From assembly GCA_963705505.1 (NCBI GenBank), contig CAVPJU010000010.1, forward strand, positions 160,001-224,000: a DNA stretch of 64,000 bases, written 5' to 3'. The notes beneath the pieces were generated by a model, which was not told the origin of the DNA, ran no database searches, and saw only the letters and a program-made list of their open reading frames with translations. Shown in pieces: positions 41,202 to 52,033 of this stretch; the stretch's first letter is position 1; every line of letters begins with the position of its first letter. Both the position numbers and the translations under genes were made by a program. The DNA comes from an uncultured bacterium (GTDB lineage Bacteria; Desulfobacterota_D; UBA1144; Nemesobacterales; UBA2774).

Positions 41202-42596
41202 ATGGTCAGGATACTTTCCTTCATAGTCATATTACTTTCCTTTTGCGGCTTTCCGATGAGCTACGCAGGGACGGATAACACAAATGCTTCCATCACTCCG
41301 GAAGTAGTCGTAATAGAAATAAACGGCACGATCAACCCCGCGACTCTCGATTATATACGTAAAGGCGTCGAAGAGTCGGAGCACAAATCGGCCGAGGCCC
41401 TGATAATACTCCTCGACACGCCCGGAGGGCTCCTGACCTCGACGAAAGAGATCGTAAAGCTCATACTCAACTCCCCCGTCCCGATCGTGGTATACGTCTC
41501 GCCCAAGGGAGCATCGGCTTCCTCGGCAGGCGTATTCATCACACTCTCGGCCAATATCGCGGCCATGGCTCCCGGCACGAGCATCGGAGCGGCCCACCCG
41601 GTCTCCATCTCACCCGGAAACGGAGAGCCCGGAAAGAAGGAACCCGGCGAAGATAAGGGAAAAGGAAACAGGGAAGATAAATCCTCCCCGCCCGGCAATA
41701 ACAAGTCCGATGAGGACGTAATGAGCGAAAAGCTGGAGAACTACGCTTCCTCATTCATGGAGAGCATAGCCGAGGAAAGGGGAAGGAACGTCAAGTGGGC
41801 GATCGAAGCCGTTAGAAAAAGTTCCTCCATCACATCCACGGAGGCCCTCAAATTACATGTCATAGACCTCATAGCGCCCGATCTCGAAGGACTGATAAAG
41901 GAAATAGACGGGAGAAAGGTAAAGCTGCCCGACGGCGAAAAAACTCTCAGCACGAACGGCGCCGAAATATCGAGAATCGGGATGAACGCCAAGCAGAAGC
42001 TCATCGATATTCTGAGCACCCCGGACATAGCCTTCCTCCTCATCTCGTTAGGCTCCCTCGGGCTGCTGCTCGAATTCTATAACCCGGGACTCATATTCCC
42101 CGGTGTCGCCGGGGCCGTGTGCCTGCTCATGGGATTCGTCTCCTTTCAGATTCTCCCGTTTAACTACGCGGGCATAGCGCTCCTCCTTCTCGGAATAGTG
42201 CTCTTCGTAGCGGAGGTCTACGTCACGAGCTACGGGGCGCTCACTTTAGGCGGGCTCATAAGCTTCGCGCTCGGGGCGCTCCTCCTCTTCGACACGCCGG
42301 AATCCGATCTACGGGTGGGGTTCGACGTCGTCATAGCGTCGACGCTCGCATTCGGGCTTTTTTTCGCTTACGTAATATTCTATTTGATAAAGGCTCAGAA
42401 GCTCACGCCCCGGATGGGGTTCGAAGGCTTCATAGGGAAGGAGGGCAGCGCCGTATCCGAAATACTGGCTGCGGGTAAGATATATATCGACGGGGAATAC
42501 TGGGACGCCGAGAGCGACGAGCCGATAGGGAAAGGGGACAGGATAAAAGTCGTAGAAGTGTTAAAGGGGTTTAAGCTCAAAGTCAAAAAGGTCTAA
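41202..42596 (+). CDS. nfeD: NfeD family membrane-bound serine protease (long form)
   Basis: LDTPGGL, ASSAG, AMAPGTSIGAAHPV, TM bundle and C-terminal GKIYIDGEYWDA. Confidence 0.93.
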   Translation: MVRILSFIVILLSFCGFPMSYAGTDNTNASITPEVVVIEINGTINPATLDYIRKGVEESEHKSAEALIILLDTPGGLLTSTKEIVKLILNSPVPIVVYVSPKGASASSAGVFITLSANIAAMAPGTSIGAAHPVSISPGNGEPGKKEPGEDKGKGNREDKSSPPGNNKSDEDVMSEKLENYASSFMESIAEERGRNVKWAIEAVRKSSSITSTEALKLHVIDLIAPDLEGLIKEIDGRKVKLPDGEKTLSTNGAEISRIGMNAKQKLIDILSTPDIAFLLISLGSLGLLLEFYNPGLIFPGVAGAVCLLMGFVSFQILPFNYAGIALLLLGIVLFVAEVYVTSYGALTLGGLISFALGALLLFDTPESDLRVGFDVVIASTLAFGLFFAYVIFYLIKAQKLTPRMGFEGFIGKEGSAVSEILAAGKIYIDGEYWDAESDEPIGKGDRIKVVEVLKGFKLKVKKV

Positions 42597-42620
42597 GTTC
42601 ATGCTACCGAGGAGGTAAAT

Positions 42621-43382
42621 ATGTTTTCACCGCTTGTAATATTCATAGGAATTATAGTAATCCTCATACTTTCCGGAGTGAAAATCCTCAATGAATACGA
42701 GAGAGGGGTTGTATTCAGGCTCGGGAGGATAGTCGCCCCCAAGGGGCCGGGGTTCAACTGGATCATTCCCGTCGTGGACAAGATGATAAAGATAAGCCTC
42801 CGGGTGATCACTATGGACGTGCCCCCTCAGGACATAATCACGAAAGACAACGTGTCGGTCAAGGTTAACGCCGTCGTTTATTTCCGCGTGGTCGACCCGG
42901 TAAACGCCGTGATACAGGTCGAGAATTACCTCTACGCCACTTCCCAGCTCGCTCAGACTACGCTAAGGAGCATCCTGGGACAGGTCGAGCTCGACCAGCT
43001 CCTCGCCGAGAGGGAGACCCTCAATATCAAGCTCCAGGAGGTCCTCGACAAGCATACCGACCCCTGGGGCATCAAGGTTACCCTGGTCGAGGTAAAATAC
43101 GTCGACCTCCCGCAGGAGATGCAGCGCGCCATGGCGCGTCAGGCGGAAGCCGAAAGGGAAAGGAGGGCGAAGGTCATAGCGGCGGAAGGTGAATACCAGG
43201 CAGCTACAAAGCTCGCGGAGGCCTCCGATATACTCGGGAGGAGCCCGATGGCGCTTCAGCTGAGATACCTCCAGACGCTGGCCGAGATGGCGTCCGAAAA
43301 GAGCTCGACGATAGTTTTTCCGCTCCCGCTCGACCTGATAAGGCCGCTGCTCGGCGCAATCGACAAAATCGGAAAAGAATAA
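42621..43382 (+). CDS. SPFH/stomatin-like (slipin) protein
   Basis: [41 protein letters not shown] and LQLRYLQTL. Confidence 0.96.
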   Translation: MFSPLVIFIGIIVILILSGVKILNEYERGVVFRLGRIVAPKGPGFNWIIPVVDKMIKISLRVITMDVPPQDIITKDNVSVKVNAVVYFRVVDPVNAVIQVENYLYATSQLAQTTLRSILGQVELDQLLAERETLNIKLQEVLDKHTDPWGIKVTLVEVKYVDLPQEMQRAMARQAEAERERRAKVIAAEGEYQAATKLAEASDILGRSPMALQLRYLQTLAEMASEKSSTIVFPLPLDLIRPLLGAIDKIGKE

Positions 43383-43407
43383 ACCGCCAATCACAAGGGA
43401 GATATAG

Positions 43408-45070
43408 TTGAAACGACCATTCCTCTACGCGTTCCTGAGCACGGCTCTATTATTCATGTGTGTTTCATGCAAGTCCTCCGATAAAACGAATGAGAATGAG
43501 ACAACAAAGAGCGCGCCGGAAGAGTCTTCGGAAAAAGCCTCCTCCGGGCCCGTCGAGGGCGACTGGCTCATATACCACCTGGGCGCCGAGCCGGGCACCC
43601 TTAACCCCATAACGGCCACAGACGCGTACGAGGGGATCGTCAACGGCGGGAACGTCTATGAAACACTCATCAAAAGAGATAACGATACTCTCGAGCTCAA
43701 ACCCCTTCTGGCCGAGTCCTGGACAATATCCGAGGACAAGCTCACATACACGTTCAAGATAAAAAAGGGCGTGAAATGGCATGACGGCGTACCATTCACC
43801 GCGGCCGACATCGTGTTCTCCTATAAGACCATCATGGACCCGAAGGTCGATGCTCCCCAACTGCGGAGCTACTACCAGGAAATCAAAGACGTCAGGGCGA
43901 TAGACGATTATACGGTCCGGTTCACATACGCGAGGCCTTACTTCCTTGCGCTCGAATTCTGCGGCGGCATACCGATAGTCCCCAAGCACATATTCGAAAA
44001 CGGGGATTTCAATACCAACCCCGCAGGCCGAAAACCAGATCGGCACGGGTCCGTTCAAGTTCGTGAAATGGACGACCGGCAGCGAAATAGTGCTCGAGAA
44101 GAACAAGGACTACTGGGGTGAGAAGCCTCACCTGAATAAGATAATATTCAGGATAATCACGGACCCGTCTGTAGCGCTCCAGGTACTTAAACGCCAGGAG
44201 CTCGATGTAGCGAGCCTCACGCCCATACAGTGGGAGAGGCAGACTAGCTCACCCGATTTCGAGAAGCACTTCGATAAATTCAGCTACTACGCTCCCAACT
44301 ACAGCTACATCGGATGGAATTCGGCAAAGCCCTATTTCTCCGATAAGCGCGTGAGGAGGGCCATGACCTATCTCGTAAACAGGGACGTCATACTGGACAA
44401 AATAATGTTTGACCTCGGGGCCGTCGTAACGAACCCCTTTTACATCAACAGCCCCGAGTACGACAAGGACATCAAGCCCATACCTTATGACCCCGAGGAA
44501 GCCAAAAAGCTTCTCGATGAAGCCGGGTGGATAGACCACGACGGGGACGGCATAAGGGACAAGGGCGGCGTAAAATTCGCGTTCGAATTCCTCATCCCCA
44601 ACGAGTCCGAAACGGGCGAGAAGATAGCCACGATTCTGAAGGAAGAGCTCGACAAGGTGGGGATCGCCATGGATATACGGAAGACCGAATGGGCGGTCTT
44701 CACGATGAGGCTCAACGAGAGGAAGTTCGACGCCGTCACGCTCGCGTGGTCTATGGGGGTGGAGTCCGACCCCTATCAGATATGGAGCTCGACTCAGATA
44801 GAGAAAGGCTCGAACTTCGTCGGGTTTAAAAACGCGGAAGCCGACAAGCTCATAGAAGAGGCAAGGCAGGAATTCGACAAAAAGAAAAGGATAGAGCTAT
44901 ACAGGAAGTTCTCCCGGATAGTGAACGATGAGCAGCCCTATACGTTTTTATTCTGCCGCAAGGCGACTATCGCAGTGAACAAGAGGTTCGCTAACGTCAT
45001 TGTCCACCCTCTCGGAATAGACCCCGTCGAATGGTACGTCCCGCTGCCGCTACAGAAATACACCGAGTAG
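43408..45070 (+). CDS. Peptide ABC transporter substrate-binding lipoprotein (family 5); +1 frameshift at about 44031-44038
   Basis: Lipobox-like VSC, EPGTLNP, LAESW and KWHDG. Removing one base restores RKPIGTGPFKFVKW, then DKRVRRAM and AKKLLDEAGW. Confidence 0.9.
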
Positions 45071-45229
45071 GAAGAGGGTGACGGAACCCCCGGGCGGCAG
45101 GTGTAATTCTTTGCAGGATTTATTCCCGAATCCCCGTATAATTTAAGCTGAACAGGGAAGGTGTGAATGATTTTTTCTTTTCGCTTATACTTTTCCCGAT
45201 AACCGCATATAATTCCCTTTGACCCGGAC

Positions 45230-46231
45230 ATGAGAGACTACATTATAAAGCGGCTCATACTCCTTATACCCACAATGCTGGGCATTACGATAATCACGTT
45301 CTTCATAATCCAGCTCGCCCCGGGAAACCCCGTCGAAAGGAAGCTCCAGCTGGACGAAGGCGTAAAGTCTCAAGCCATTACTCAGGAGATAGTCGAGGAG
45401 ACCAAGAGGCTCTACGGCCTCGACAAGCCCATATACGTCCGCTACCTGATATGGCTCAAGCAAATAGTCACGCTCGACTTCGGCCGCTCCTACAAGGACC
45501 ACCGGCCCGTCATCGACAAGATAGCCGAGAGGATTCCGATTACGCTCACTCTCAACATAATCTCGATCCTGCTCATATATATGATATCGATACCCGTCGG
45601 GGTGTATTCCGCGGTCAAGCACGGGAGCCCCCCCGAGATGGCAAGCACCTTCATCCTCTTCATCCTCTACTCGATTCCGAGCTTCTGGATGGCGATGATA
45701 CTTATATACTTTCTGGGAGGGGGAGAGTACTGGAACGTCTTCCCGGTTTACGGGATACTCTCGCCGGGCGCCGAGAATTATCCATTCTACGAGAAAGCGG
45801 TCAATTTCCTCTGGCACATAGTCCTTCCCGTTTTCTGCCTCACGTACGGGAGCCTCGCTTATCTCTCAAGGTTTCAGAAGGGGAGCCTGCTCGAGGTGCT
45901 TAAAGAGGATTTCGTGAGGACCGCCACGGCGAAAGGACTGCCCAGGTCGAAAGTCATCCTAAAGCACGCGCTCAGGAACGCATTAATACCCATTATCACC
46001 ATAGTAGCGGGCATCCTCCCAGCAATGATCGGCGGAAGCGTAATAATCGAGACCATATTCTCGATACCCGGCATAGGTCAGCTCGGGTTCGAGTCGGTGC
46101 TCTCACGCGATTACCCGATGATAATGGCCATTGCCACAATATCCGCGTTCCTCACGCTTATCGGGATCCTTATATCGGACCTCGTTTACGTGCTTGTCGA
46201 TCCCAGAATCAGCTTCGAGGGCAGAAGGTGA
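45230..46231 (+). CDS. oppB: Peptide ABC transporter permease (OppB/DppB)
   Basis: YIIKRL, YGLDKP, DFGRS, TATAKGL...KHALRNA and RDYP. Confidence 0.9.
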   Translation: MRDYIIKRLILLIPTMLGITIITFFIIQLAPGNPVERKLQLDEGVKSQAITQEIVEETKRLYGLDKPIYVRYLIWLKQIVTLDFGRSYKDHRPVIDKIAERIPITLTLNIISILLIYMISIPVGVYSAVKHGSPPEMASTFILFILYSIPSFWMAMILIYFLGGGEYWNVFPVYGILSPGAENYPFYEKAVNFLWHIVLPVFCLTYGSLAYLSRFQKGSLLEVLKEDFVRTATAKGLPRSKVILKHALRNALIPIITIVAGILPAMIGGSVIIETIFSIPGIGQLGFESVLSRDYPMIMAIATISAFLTLIGILISDLVYVLVDPRISFEGRR

Positions 46232-47232
46232 CCGAGAAACATAGCATCGGCTACTGGGGGAGCGTCTGGAGGAAATTTAAGAAGGACAGGCTGGCATTCG
46301 GAGCCCTCGTTCTAATCCTGCTGCTATTATTCGTCGCGGTATTCGAGAGCTTTCTCGCGGGTAATAAGCCGATTGTCCTGAAATATGAGGGCCACTACTA
46401 TTTCCCCGTCGTCTTCCGTTACAGCGAGTTTTTCGGAACGGACTTCAAGGAGCTGGATACCAGGCTCAAACCCGGCGACTTCGCAATATTCCCCCCCGTC
46501 AGATACAGCCCGACGGAGAACAACCTCATGTCCATACTGGCGCCCCCTTCCCGGGAGCACTTCTTCGGGACAGACGACAGGGGCAGGGACGTGCTCGCCC
46601 GCATGATCTTCGGGGCGAGGATATCCCTATCCATAGGGTTCATAGCGGTCGGCATATCGGCCGCGATAGGGATAATACTCGGGGGCATCGCCGGTTATTA
46701 CGGAGGCACTACGGACTTCATAGTCTCCAGGCTCTTCGAGGTGATGATGACATTCCCCGTATTCTTCCTCATCCTCACCATACTGGCTTTCAGGGACCCG
46801 AGCATTTACAACATAATGATAGTGATAGGCGCCACGAGCTGGACGGGTGTGGCGAGGCTTATAAGGGGCGAGTTCTTAAAGTTAAGGAAGTTCGAGTACG
46901 TGGAGGCGGCGGTAGCCCTCGGAGGGAACGATTTCAGGGTAATGATGAAGCACATGCTCCCTAACGGCCTTGCGCCGGTGCTCGTGGATTCGACTTTCGG
47001 CATAGCGGGGGCGATACTGGTCGAATCCGGCCTCAGCTTCCTCGGGTTCGGAGTCCCGCCGCCCGACCCCAGCTGGGGGGACGTGCTCTCGCAGTCCCAG
47101 AAGTACGTCGATTTCGCGTGGTGGCTTGTCCTATTTCCAGGCGCGGCTATATTTCTTACCGTGACGGCTTTTAACCTGCTCGGGGAAGGTTTCAGGAACT
47201 CGATAGACCCTAAATTCATCGGCGGCGAATGA
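46228..47232 (+). CDS. oppC: Peptide ABC transporter permease (OppC/DppC)
   Basis: HFFGTDDRGRDV, ARLIRGE, KHMLPN and LSFLGFG...PSWG. Confidence 0.9.
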   Translation: MTEKHSIGYWGSVWRKFKKDRLAFGALVLILLLLFVAVFESFLAGNKPIVLKYEGHYYFPVVFRYSEFFGTDFKELDTRLKPGDFAIFPPVRYSPTENNLMSILAPPSREHFFGTDDRGRDVLARMIFGARISLSIGFIAVGISAAIGIILGGIAGYYGGTTDFIVSRLFEVMMTFPVFFLILTILAFRDPSIYNIMIVIGATSWTGVARLIRGEFLKLRKFEYVEAAVALGGNDFRVMMKHMLPNGLAPVLVDSTFGIAGAILVESGLSFLGFGVPPPDPSWGDVLSQSQKYVDFAWWLVLFPGAAIFLTVTAFNLLGEGFRNSIDPKFIGGE

Positions 47233-47269
47233 CGGTCATCCGGCAAACGGAGAGAATTGGAAGATAAAA

Positions 47270-48253
47270 GTGGATACTGCGCTCGAAATAAAAAACTTGA
47301 CGGTGTCGTTTTCGACCGAAGGTAGGAAGGTCGAGGTCGTAAGCGGCGTTTCGTTATCGATTCCCGAAGGAAAGATAGTCGGAGTCGTCGGAGAAAGCGG
47401 CTGCGGCAAGACCGTGACAGCCCTTTCGATAATGCGCCTCATACCCGAGCCCCCCGGTAAGATAGAGGGAGGAGAGATAATTTTCGACGGCGCCAACCTT
47501 CTTGACTACAGCGACAGAGACCTGCGCTCCGTCCGCGGAAACAGGATTTCGATGATCTTCCAGGAGCCCATAAGCTCACTCAACCCCGTCTTCAACATAG
47601 GGGAGCAGATAGGCGAAGCCATCAGGACCCACCTGAAAATATCGAAGAAAGAGGAGACGGAAAGGGTCATAGGGCTTTTAAAGCTGGTCGGTATCCCTGC
47701 CCCGGAGAGGAGGATAAAGAACTATCCCCACGAGCTCTCGGGGGGGATGTCCCAGAGGGTCATGATAGCGATGGCCCTTGCGTGCAGCCCGGAGGTGCTG
47801 ATAGCCGACGAGCCCACCACGGCGCTCGACGTCACGATACAGGCGGGGATACTCGAGCTCATCGACGACCTCAGGGTCAAAATGGGCATGGCTGTGCTGC
47901 TCATAACCCACGACCTCGGCATAATCGCGGAGGTGGCGGATACGGTCTATGTTATGTATGCGGGCAAGGTGGTGGAGCACGCCGCGACCGGGGACCTGTT
48001 CAAAGAGCCCAAACACCCTTATACGGTCGGGCTCCTCAACTCGATTCCCGACCTCCGCGGGAGTAAAGAGAGGCTGGACGCGATACCCGGCGTGGTGCCG
48101 AGCCCCGGCAGCTTCCCCCCCGGGTGCAGGTTCCAGGACCGCTGCCCCCTCGTTATAGAGAAATGCAGGAGGGAGGAGCCGCCGCTATCCGAGCATGCGC
48201 CAAACCACTACTCCGCGTGCTGGAGAGCGGACAAGGTGAGGATTAATAGCTGA
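47270..48253 (+). CDS. oppD: Peptide ABC transporter ATP-binding protein (OppD/DppD)
   Basis: [26 protein letters not shown] and C-terminal GCRF..RC...C...AC. Confidence 0.93.
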   Translation: MDTALEIKNLTVSFSTEGRKVEVVSGVSLSIPEGKIVGVVGESGCGKTVTALSIMRLIPEPPGKIEGGEIIFDGANLLDYSDRDLRSVRGNRISMIFQEPISSLNPVFNIGEQIGEAIRTHLKISKKEETERVIGLLKLVGIPAPERRIKNYPHELSGGMSQRVMIAMALACSPEVLIADEPTTALDVTIQAGILELIDDLRVKMGMAVLLITHDLGIIAEVADTVYVMYAGKVVEHAATGDLFKEPKHPYTVGLLNSIPDLRGSKERLDAIPGVVPSPGSFPPGCRFQDRCPLVIEKCRREEPPLSEHAPNHYSACWRADKVRINS

Positions 48254-48254
48254 T

Positions 48255-49223
48255 ATGCCGCTAAAAGAGCTTGTCAGAATAGAAGGCATCAAAAAATACT
48301 TTCCGGTAACATCGGGCGTCTTTTCCAGGGTATCAAATTTCGTGAAGGCCGTAGACGGCGTCGATCTGACGGTCTCGGAAGGGGAGACCGTGGGGCTTGT
48401 CGGGGAGAGCGGGTGCGGTAAGACGACTCTCGGAAAAACGATCATCAAGCTCCTCGATCCCACGGACGGCGAAATATACTTCGAGGACAAAAAGATTACC
48501 AAGCTCAGCCCCTCCAGGATGCGCCCGTACAGAAAGAAAATGCAGATAGTTTTCCAGGACCCCTACGGATCGCTCAACCCGAGGATGAAGGTCGAGGACA
48601 TAGTATCGGAAGGGCTCATAATCCACGAGATCTCCTCCCCGAATGAAAGAAAGGGTATAGTCCGCGAGCTCCTCCGCACTGTCGGTCTCAGGGACGATGC
48701 GCTGCCGCGCTACCCTCACGAATTCAGCGGGGGACAGCGCCAGAGGATAGCCATTGCGCGCGCGCTCGCGCTCAACCCCGAGTTCATCGTATGCGACGAG
48801 CCCATATCCGCGCTCGACGTCTCCGTGCAGGCGCAGATCATAAACCTCTTCATAGAGCTCCAGGAAAAATTCGGGCTGACCTACCTCTTTATATCCCACG
48901 ACCTCCGCGTCGTGAAGCACATAAGCGACAGGGTGGCCGTAATGTATCTCGGAAAAATAGTGGAGTCCGCCGAGAGCGGGGAGCTCTACCGGAACCCCCT
49001 CCACCCTTACACACGCACTCTGATATCGTCGGTCCCAATCGCAGACCCCGAAAAGAAAAGGAAAATGACTGTTCTCAAGGGCGACGTGCCGAGTCCGATA
49101 AATCCTCCCTCCGGCTGCAGTTTCCATCCCCGCTGCCCGATCGCCGTAGAGAAGTGCAGCACTGTAGAGCCTGAGTTAAGGGATGCGGGAGGCGGACATC
49201 TCGTATCCTGCCACCTCGCCTGA
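48255..49223 (+). CDS. oppF: Peptide ABC transporter ATP-binding protein (OppF/DppF)
   Basis: [29 protein letters not shown] and [10 protein letters not shown]. Confidence 0.93.
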   Translation: MPLKELVRIEGIKKYFPVTSGVFSRVSNFVKAVDGVDLTVSEGETVGLVGESGCGKTTLGKTIIKLLDPTDGEIYFEDKKITKLSPSRMRPYRKKMQIVFQDPYGSLNPRMKVEDIVSEGLIIHEISSPNERKGIVRELLRTVGLRDDALPRYPHEFSGGQRQRIAIARALALNPEFIVCDEPISALDVSVQAQIINLFIELQEKFGLTYLFISHDLRVVKHISDRVAVMYLGKIVESAESGELYRNPLHPYTRTLISSVPIADPEKKRKMTVLKGDVPSPINPPSGCSFHPRCPIAVEKCSTVEPELRDAGGGHLVSCHLA

Positions 49224-49314
49224 GTCTGACAACATCATACTTGCAAATAGCCCATCTTGTATTATTATTTAAAGCCGTTAATTTTATAACTGTTATTTGA
49301 CAAGAACCGGGGCG

Positions 49315-49827
49315 ATGAAAATCAGGGTATCGGATATAAGGGACGAGGGGCTCCCGATTCAAACGCATATGAGTCCCGAATGGCTCGATAACATACCTGA
49401 GCTTCGGTCGGGTAAAGAGAGTTCCAGGCTCATATCGGGTATCGATGTGGATTTGGTGCTCTCTAAATCGCTCAGGGAAGTAACAGTGATCGGGAACCTG
49501 AGCTTTTCGATAGAAGCGCCGTGCTCGAGGTGCCTCGAAAAGGTTAAGCTCGATATCAAGCCCGAGATAAGGCTGATGCTCTCACCGGCGGATAAGGTCA
49601 AGGACGTCGATGACGTCGACCACGAGACGTACAGAGGCGACGAGGTTGACTTGGACGATTACCTGAAGGGGCTCATCGCGGTTTCTTTACCCGTGAAGGT
49701 CGTCTGCAGCGAGGAGTGCAAGGGACTCTGCCCGAAGTGCGGAACGAACTTGAACAGGGAAACGTGTGAGTGCGAAAAGGAATGGGCAGACCCCAGGTTC
49801 GCGGTGCTCAAAAAACTAAAAATTTAA
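49315..49827 (+). CDS. yceD: DUF177/YceD family protein
   Basis: CSRCL, CSEECKGLCPKCGTNLN and DPRFAVLK; immediately upstream of rpmF. Confidence 0.92.
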   Translation: MKIRVSDIRDEGLPIQTHMSPEWLDNIPELRSGKESSRLISGIDVDLVLSKSLREVTVIGNLSFSIEAPCSRCLEKVKLDIKPEIRLMLSPADKVKDVDDVDHETYRGDEVDLDDYLKGLIAVSLPVKVVCSEECKGLCPKCGTNLNRETCECEKEWADPRFAVLKKLKI

Positions 49828-49859
49828 GGATACAAGGATACTAAGAATACCAAGGATAC
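49826..49859 (+). repeat. Four tandem copies of AAG(G/A)ATAC in the yceD-rpmF spacer
   Basis: AAGGATAC AAGGATAC T AAGAATAC C AAGGATAC. Confidence 0.85.
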
Positions 49860-49875
49860 ATAGGGAGAATAAAAA

Positions 49876-50067
49876 ATGGGACTTCCGAAAAGAAAACATT
49901 CCAGATCCAGGTCCAGAAAGAACAGAACCCACTATACGGTAGAAAATCCCGGTCTTTCCGTCTGCAAGAACTGCGGCGAGCACAAGCCTCCGCACAGGGC
50001 ATGCCCCGGCTGCGGGTTCCATAAGGGAAAGACATATATAAAAGAGAAACAGGCAGAGCTTTCATAA
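49876..50067 (+). CDS. rpmF: 50S ribosomal protein L32
   Basis: PKRKHSRSR...CKNCG...PHRACPGCG (zinc-binding form). Confidence 0.97.
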   Translation: MGLPKRKHSRSRSRKNRTHYTVENPGLSVCKNCGEHKPPHRACPGCGFHKGKTYIKEKQAELS

Positions 50068-50101
50068 GGTATTCTCTCGACTTTTCAAGGGATCTCATTC
50101 A

Positions 50102-51034
50102 ATGATTGCTTTCGTATTCCCAGGTCAGGGTTCCCAGTATGTGGGAATGTGCAAAGAGCTTTATGGAGAGTTCGGCGCGGCAAGAAAAACCTTCGAGGAG
50201 GCGAGCGGTGTACTCGGCTTCGACATAGCGGAACTTTGCTTCGGCGGCGACCCCGGCGAGCTTTCTTTGACAGCGAACGCCCAGCCTGCGATACTCACGG
50301 CGAGCACAGCGGCCCTGAGGGTGTTAAGCGCGGAAACAGGCATCAAACCCGATTTCGTTGCCGGCCACAGTCTCGGCGAATACTCGGCACTCGTGGCGAA
50401 CGGCTCTATGGCTTTTAAAGACGCCGTTTTTGTGGTAAGAAAAAGGGGTGAATTCATGCAGGAAGCGGTCCCGGTCGGCGAGGGCGCGATGTCCGCTGTC
50501 CTGGGGCTCGACATCGGAGCCATTGAGGAGATATGCAGTATGGTATCGAAAGATTCCATGGTCGCAAGCCCCGCTAATATGAACGCGCCCGGTCAGATCG
50601 TGATATCCGGGAGCAAAGAGGCTGTAATGCGGGCCTCAGAGGAAGCCAGATCGAGAGGTGCTAAAAGAGTAGTCCCGCTCGACGTGAGCGCCCCCTTCCA
50701 CTGCATGCTTATGAAACCTGCGGCAGAAAGGCTTGCCGAGGTATTGAACGGCATCGAATTTACTGAAATGAACGTACCTATCGTTACTAACTGCAACGCA
50801 TCACTCAACAGCGATTCATCGAGGACGAGGGAGCTGCTTGTGAGGCAGGTTACCAGTCCCGTCAGATGGTATGAATCGGTCGAAGCCCTCGGGAGAGAAG
50901 GGGTCAGGACGTTCATAGAGATAGGTCCCAAAAATGTCCTCGCCGGATTGATAAAAAGGACGCTTCCGGATGTCTCGGTAAGAAATTTCGAAAATACTGC
51001 ACAACTGGAGTCACTCAAAAATGGCAGAATCTGA
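50102..51034 (+). CDS. fabD: Malonyl CoA-ACP transacylase
   Basis: FPGQGSQ, AQPAI, GHSLGEYSAL, VSAPFH and QVTSPVRW. Confidence 0.97.
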   Translation: MIAFVFPGQGSQYVGMCKELYGEFGAARKTFEEASGVLGFDIAELCFGGDPGELSLTANAQPAILTASTAALRVLSAETGIKPDFVAGHSLGEYSALVANGSMAFKDAVFVVRKRGEFMQEAVPVGEGAMSAVLGLDIGAIEEICSMVSKDSMVASPANMNAPGQIVISGSKEAVMRASEEARSRGAKRVVPLDVSAPFHCMLMKPAAERLAEVLNGIEFTEMNVPIVTNCNASLNSDSSRTRELLVRQVTSPVRWYESVEALGREGVRTFIEIGPKNVLAGLIKRTLPDVSVRNFENTAQLESLKNGRI

Positions 51035-51767
51035 GCAGAAGGTAGCGCTTGTCACCGGAGGTTCGAGAGGGATCGGAAAGGCGATCGCACTGAGGCTCGC
51101 GGCCGAAGGCGCTTTTGTAGTCGTCAATTATGCGAAAAACCAATCTGCGGCGGAGGATGTGGTTGCCGAGATAGAGAAATCCGGGGGGAAGGGCGCGGTC
51201 TCGGGATTCGACGTCTCCGATTACGACGCCGTGCAGAAAAAAATAGAAGAGATCATTGAAGAGCGCGGGGGGCTTCACATCCTCGTCAATAACGCGGGAG
51301 TAACCCACGACACGCTTCTTTTAAGGATGAATAAAGACGACTGGAACAAGGTCATCACCACCAACCTCAACGGGGTATTTAACTGCACTAAAGCCGTTAC
51401 GCGCACCATGATGAAGCAGAGGTGGGGAAGGGTAATAAACATAACCTCGGTCGTGGGCGAGATGGGCAACTCCGGGCAGACTAATTACGCCGCCTCAAAG
51501 GCCGGCATAATAGGATTCACCAAGGCCGCCGCGAGAGAGATGGCGCCCAGGTCGATAACCGTAAACGCGATCAGCCCCGGCTTCATACAGACCGACATTA
51601 CGAACCAGCTACCCGAAGATATAAAGAAACAGTACATCGAAAGGATACCGATGGGCAGGTTCGGTTCACCCGAAGACGTCGCGGGGGTCGTCGCCTTTCT
51701 GACCTCGGACGAGGCCTCTTATATCACGGGCGATGTGATAAGGGTAAACGGCGGAATATATACATAA
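51021..51767 (+). CDS. fabG: 3-oxoacyl-ACP reductase
   Basis: [25 protein letters not shown] and IPMGRFG; fab operon context. Confidence 0.97.
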   Translation: MAESEQKVALVTGGSRGIGKAIALRLAAEGAFVVVNYAKNQSAAEDVVAEIEKSGGKGAVSGFDVSDYDAVQKKIEEIIEERGGLHILVNNAGVTHDTLLLRMNKDDWNKVITTNLNGVFNCTKAVTRTMMKQRWGRVINITSVVGEMGNSGQTNYAASKAGIIGFTKAAAREMAPRSITVNAISPGFIQTDITNQLPEDIKKQYIERIPMGRFGSPEDVAGVVAFLTSDEASYITGDVIRVNGGIYT

Positions 51768-51787
51768 TAACAAAGGAGGTATTTAAC

Positions 51788-52033
51788 ATGGCTCAGGAAA
51801 AGGAAGTTCTCGCAAAAGTCAAAGAGATGGTAGCGAGTCAGTTGGGCAAAACGGAGGAGGAGATTTCCCCGGAGTCTTCGTTCATCGAAGACCTCGGAGC
51901 GGACTCACTCGACCTGGTCGAGCTTATCATGTCGATGGAGGACGAGTTCGGACTCGAAATCTCTGACGAAGACGCCGAATCCATCATAACCGTTCAGGAC
52001 GCGGTCACCTTTATACTGGAGCGTAAGAAATAA
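51788..52033 (+). CDS. acpP: Acyl carrier protein
   Basis: [12 protein letters not shown]. Confidence 0.98.
   Translation: MAQEKEVLAKVKEMVASQLGKTEEEISPESSFIEDLGADSLDLVELIMSMEDEFGLEISDEDAESIITVQDAVTFILERKK

Noticed and set aside
41202..43382. nfeD-SPFH pair as a novel system
   Set aside because: This is a well-known conserved gene pair.
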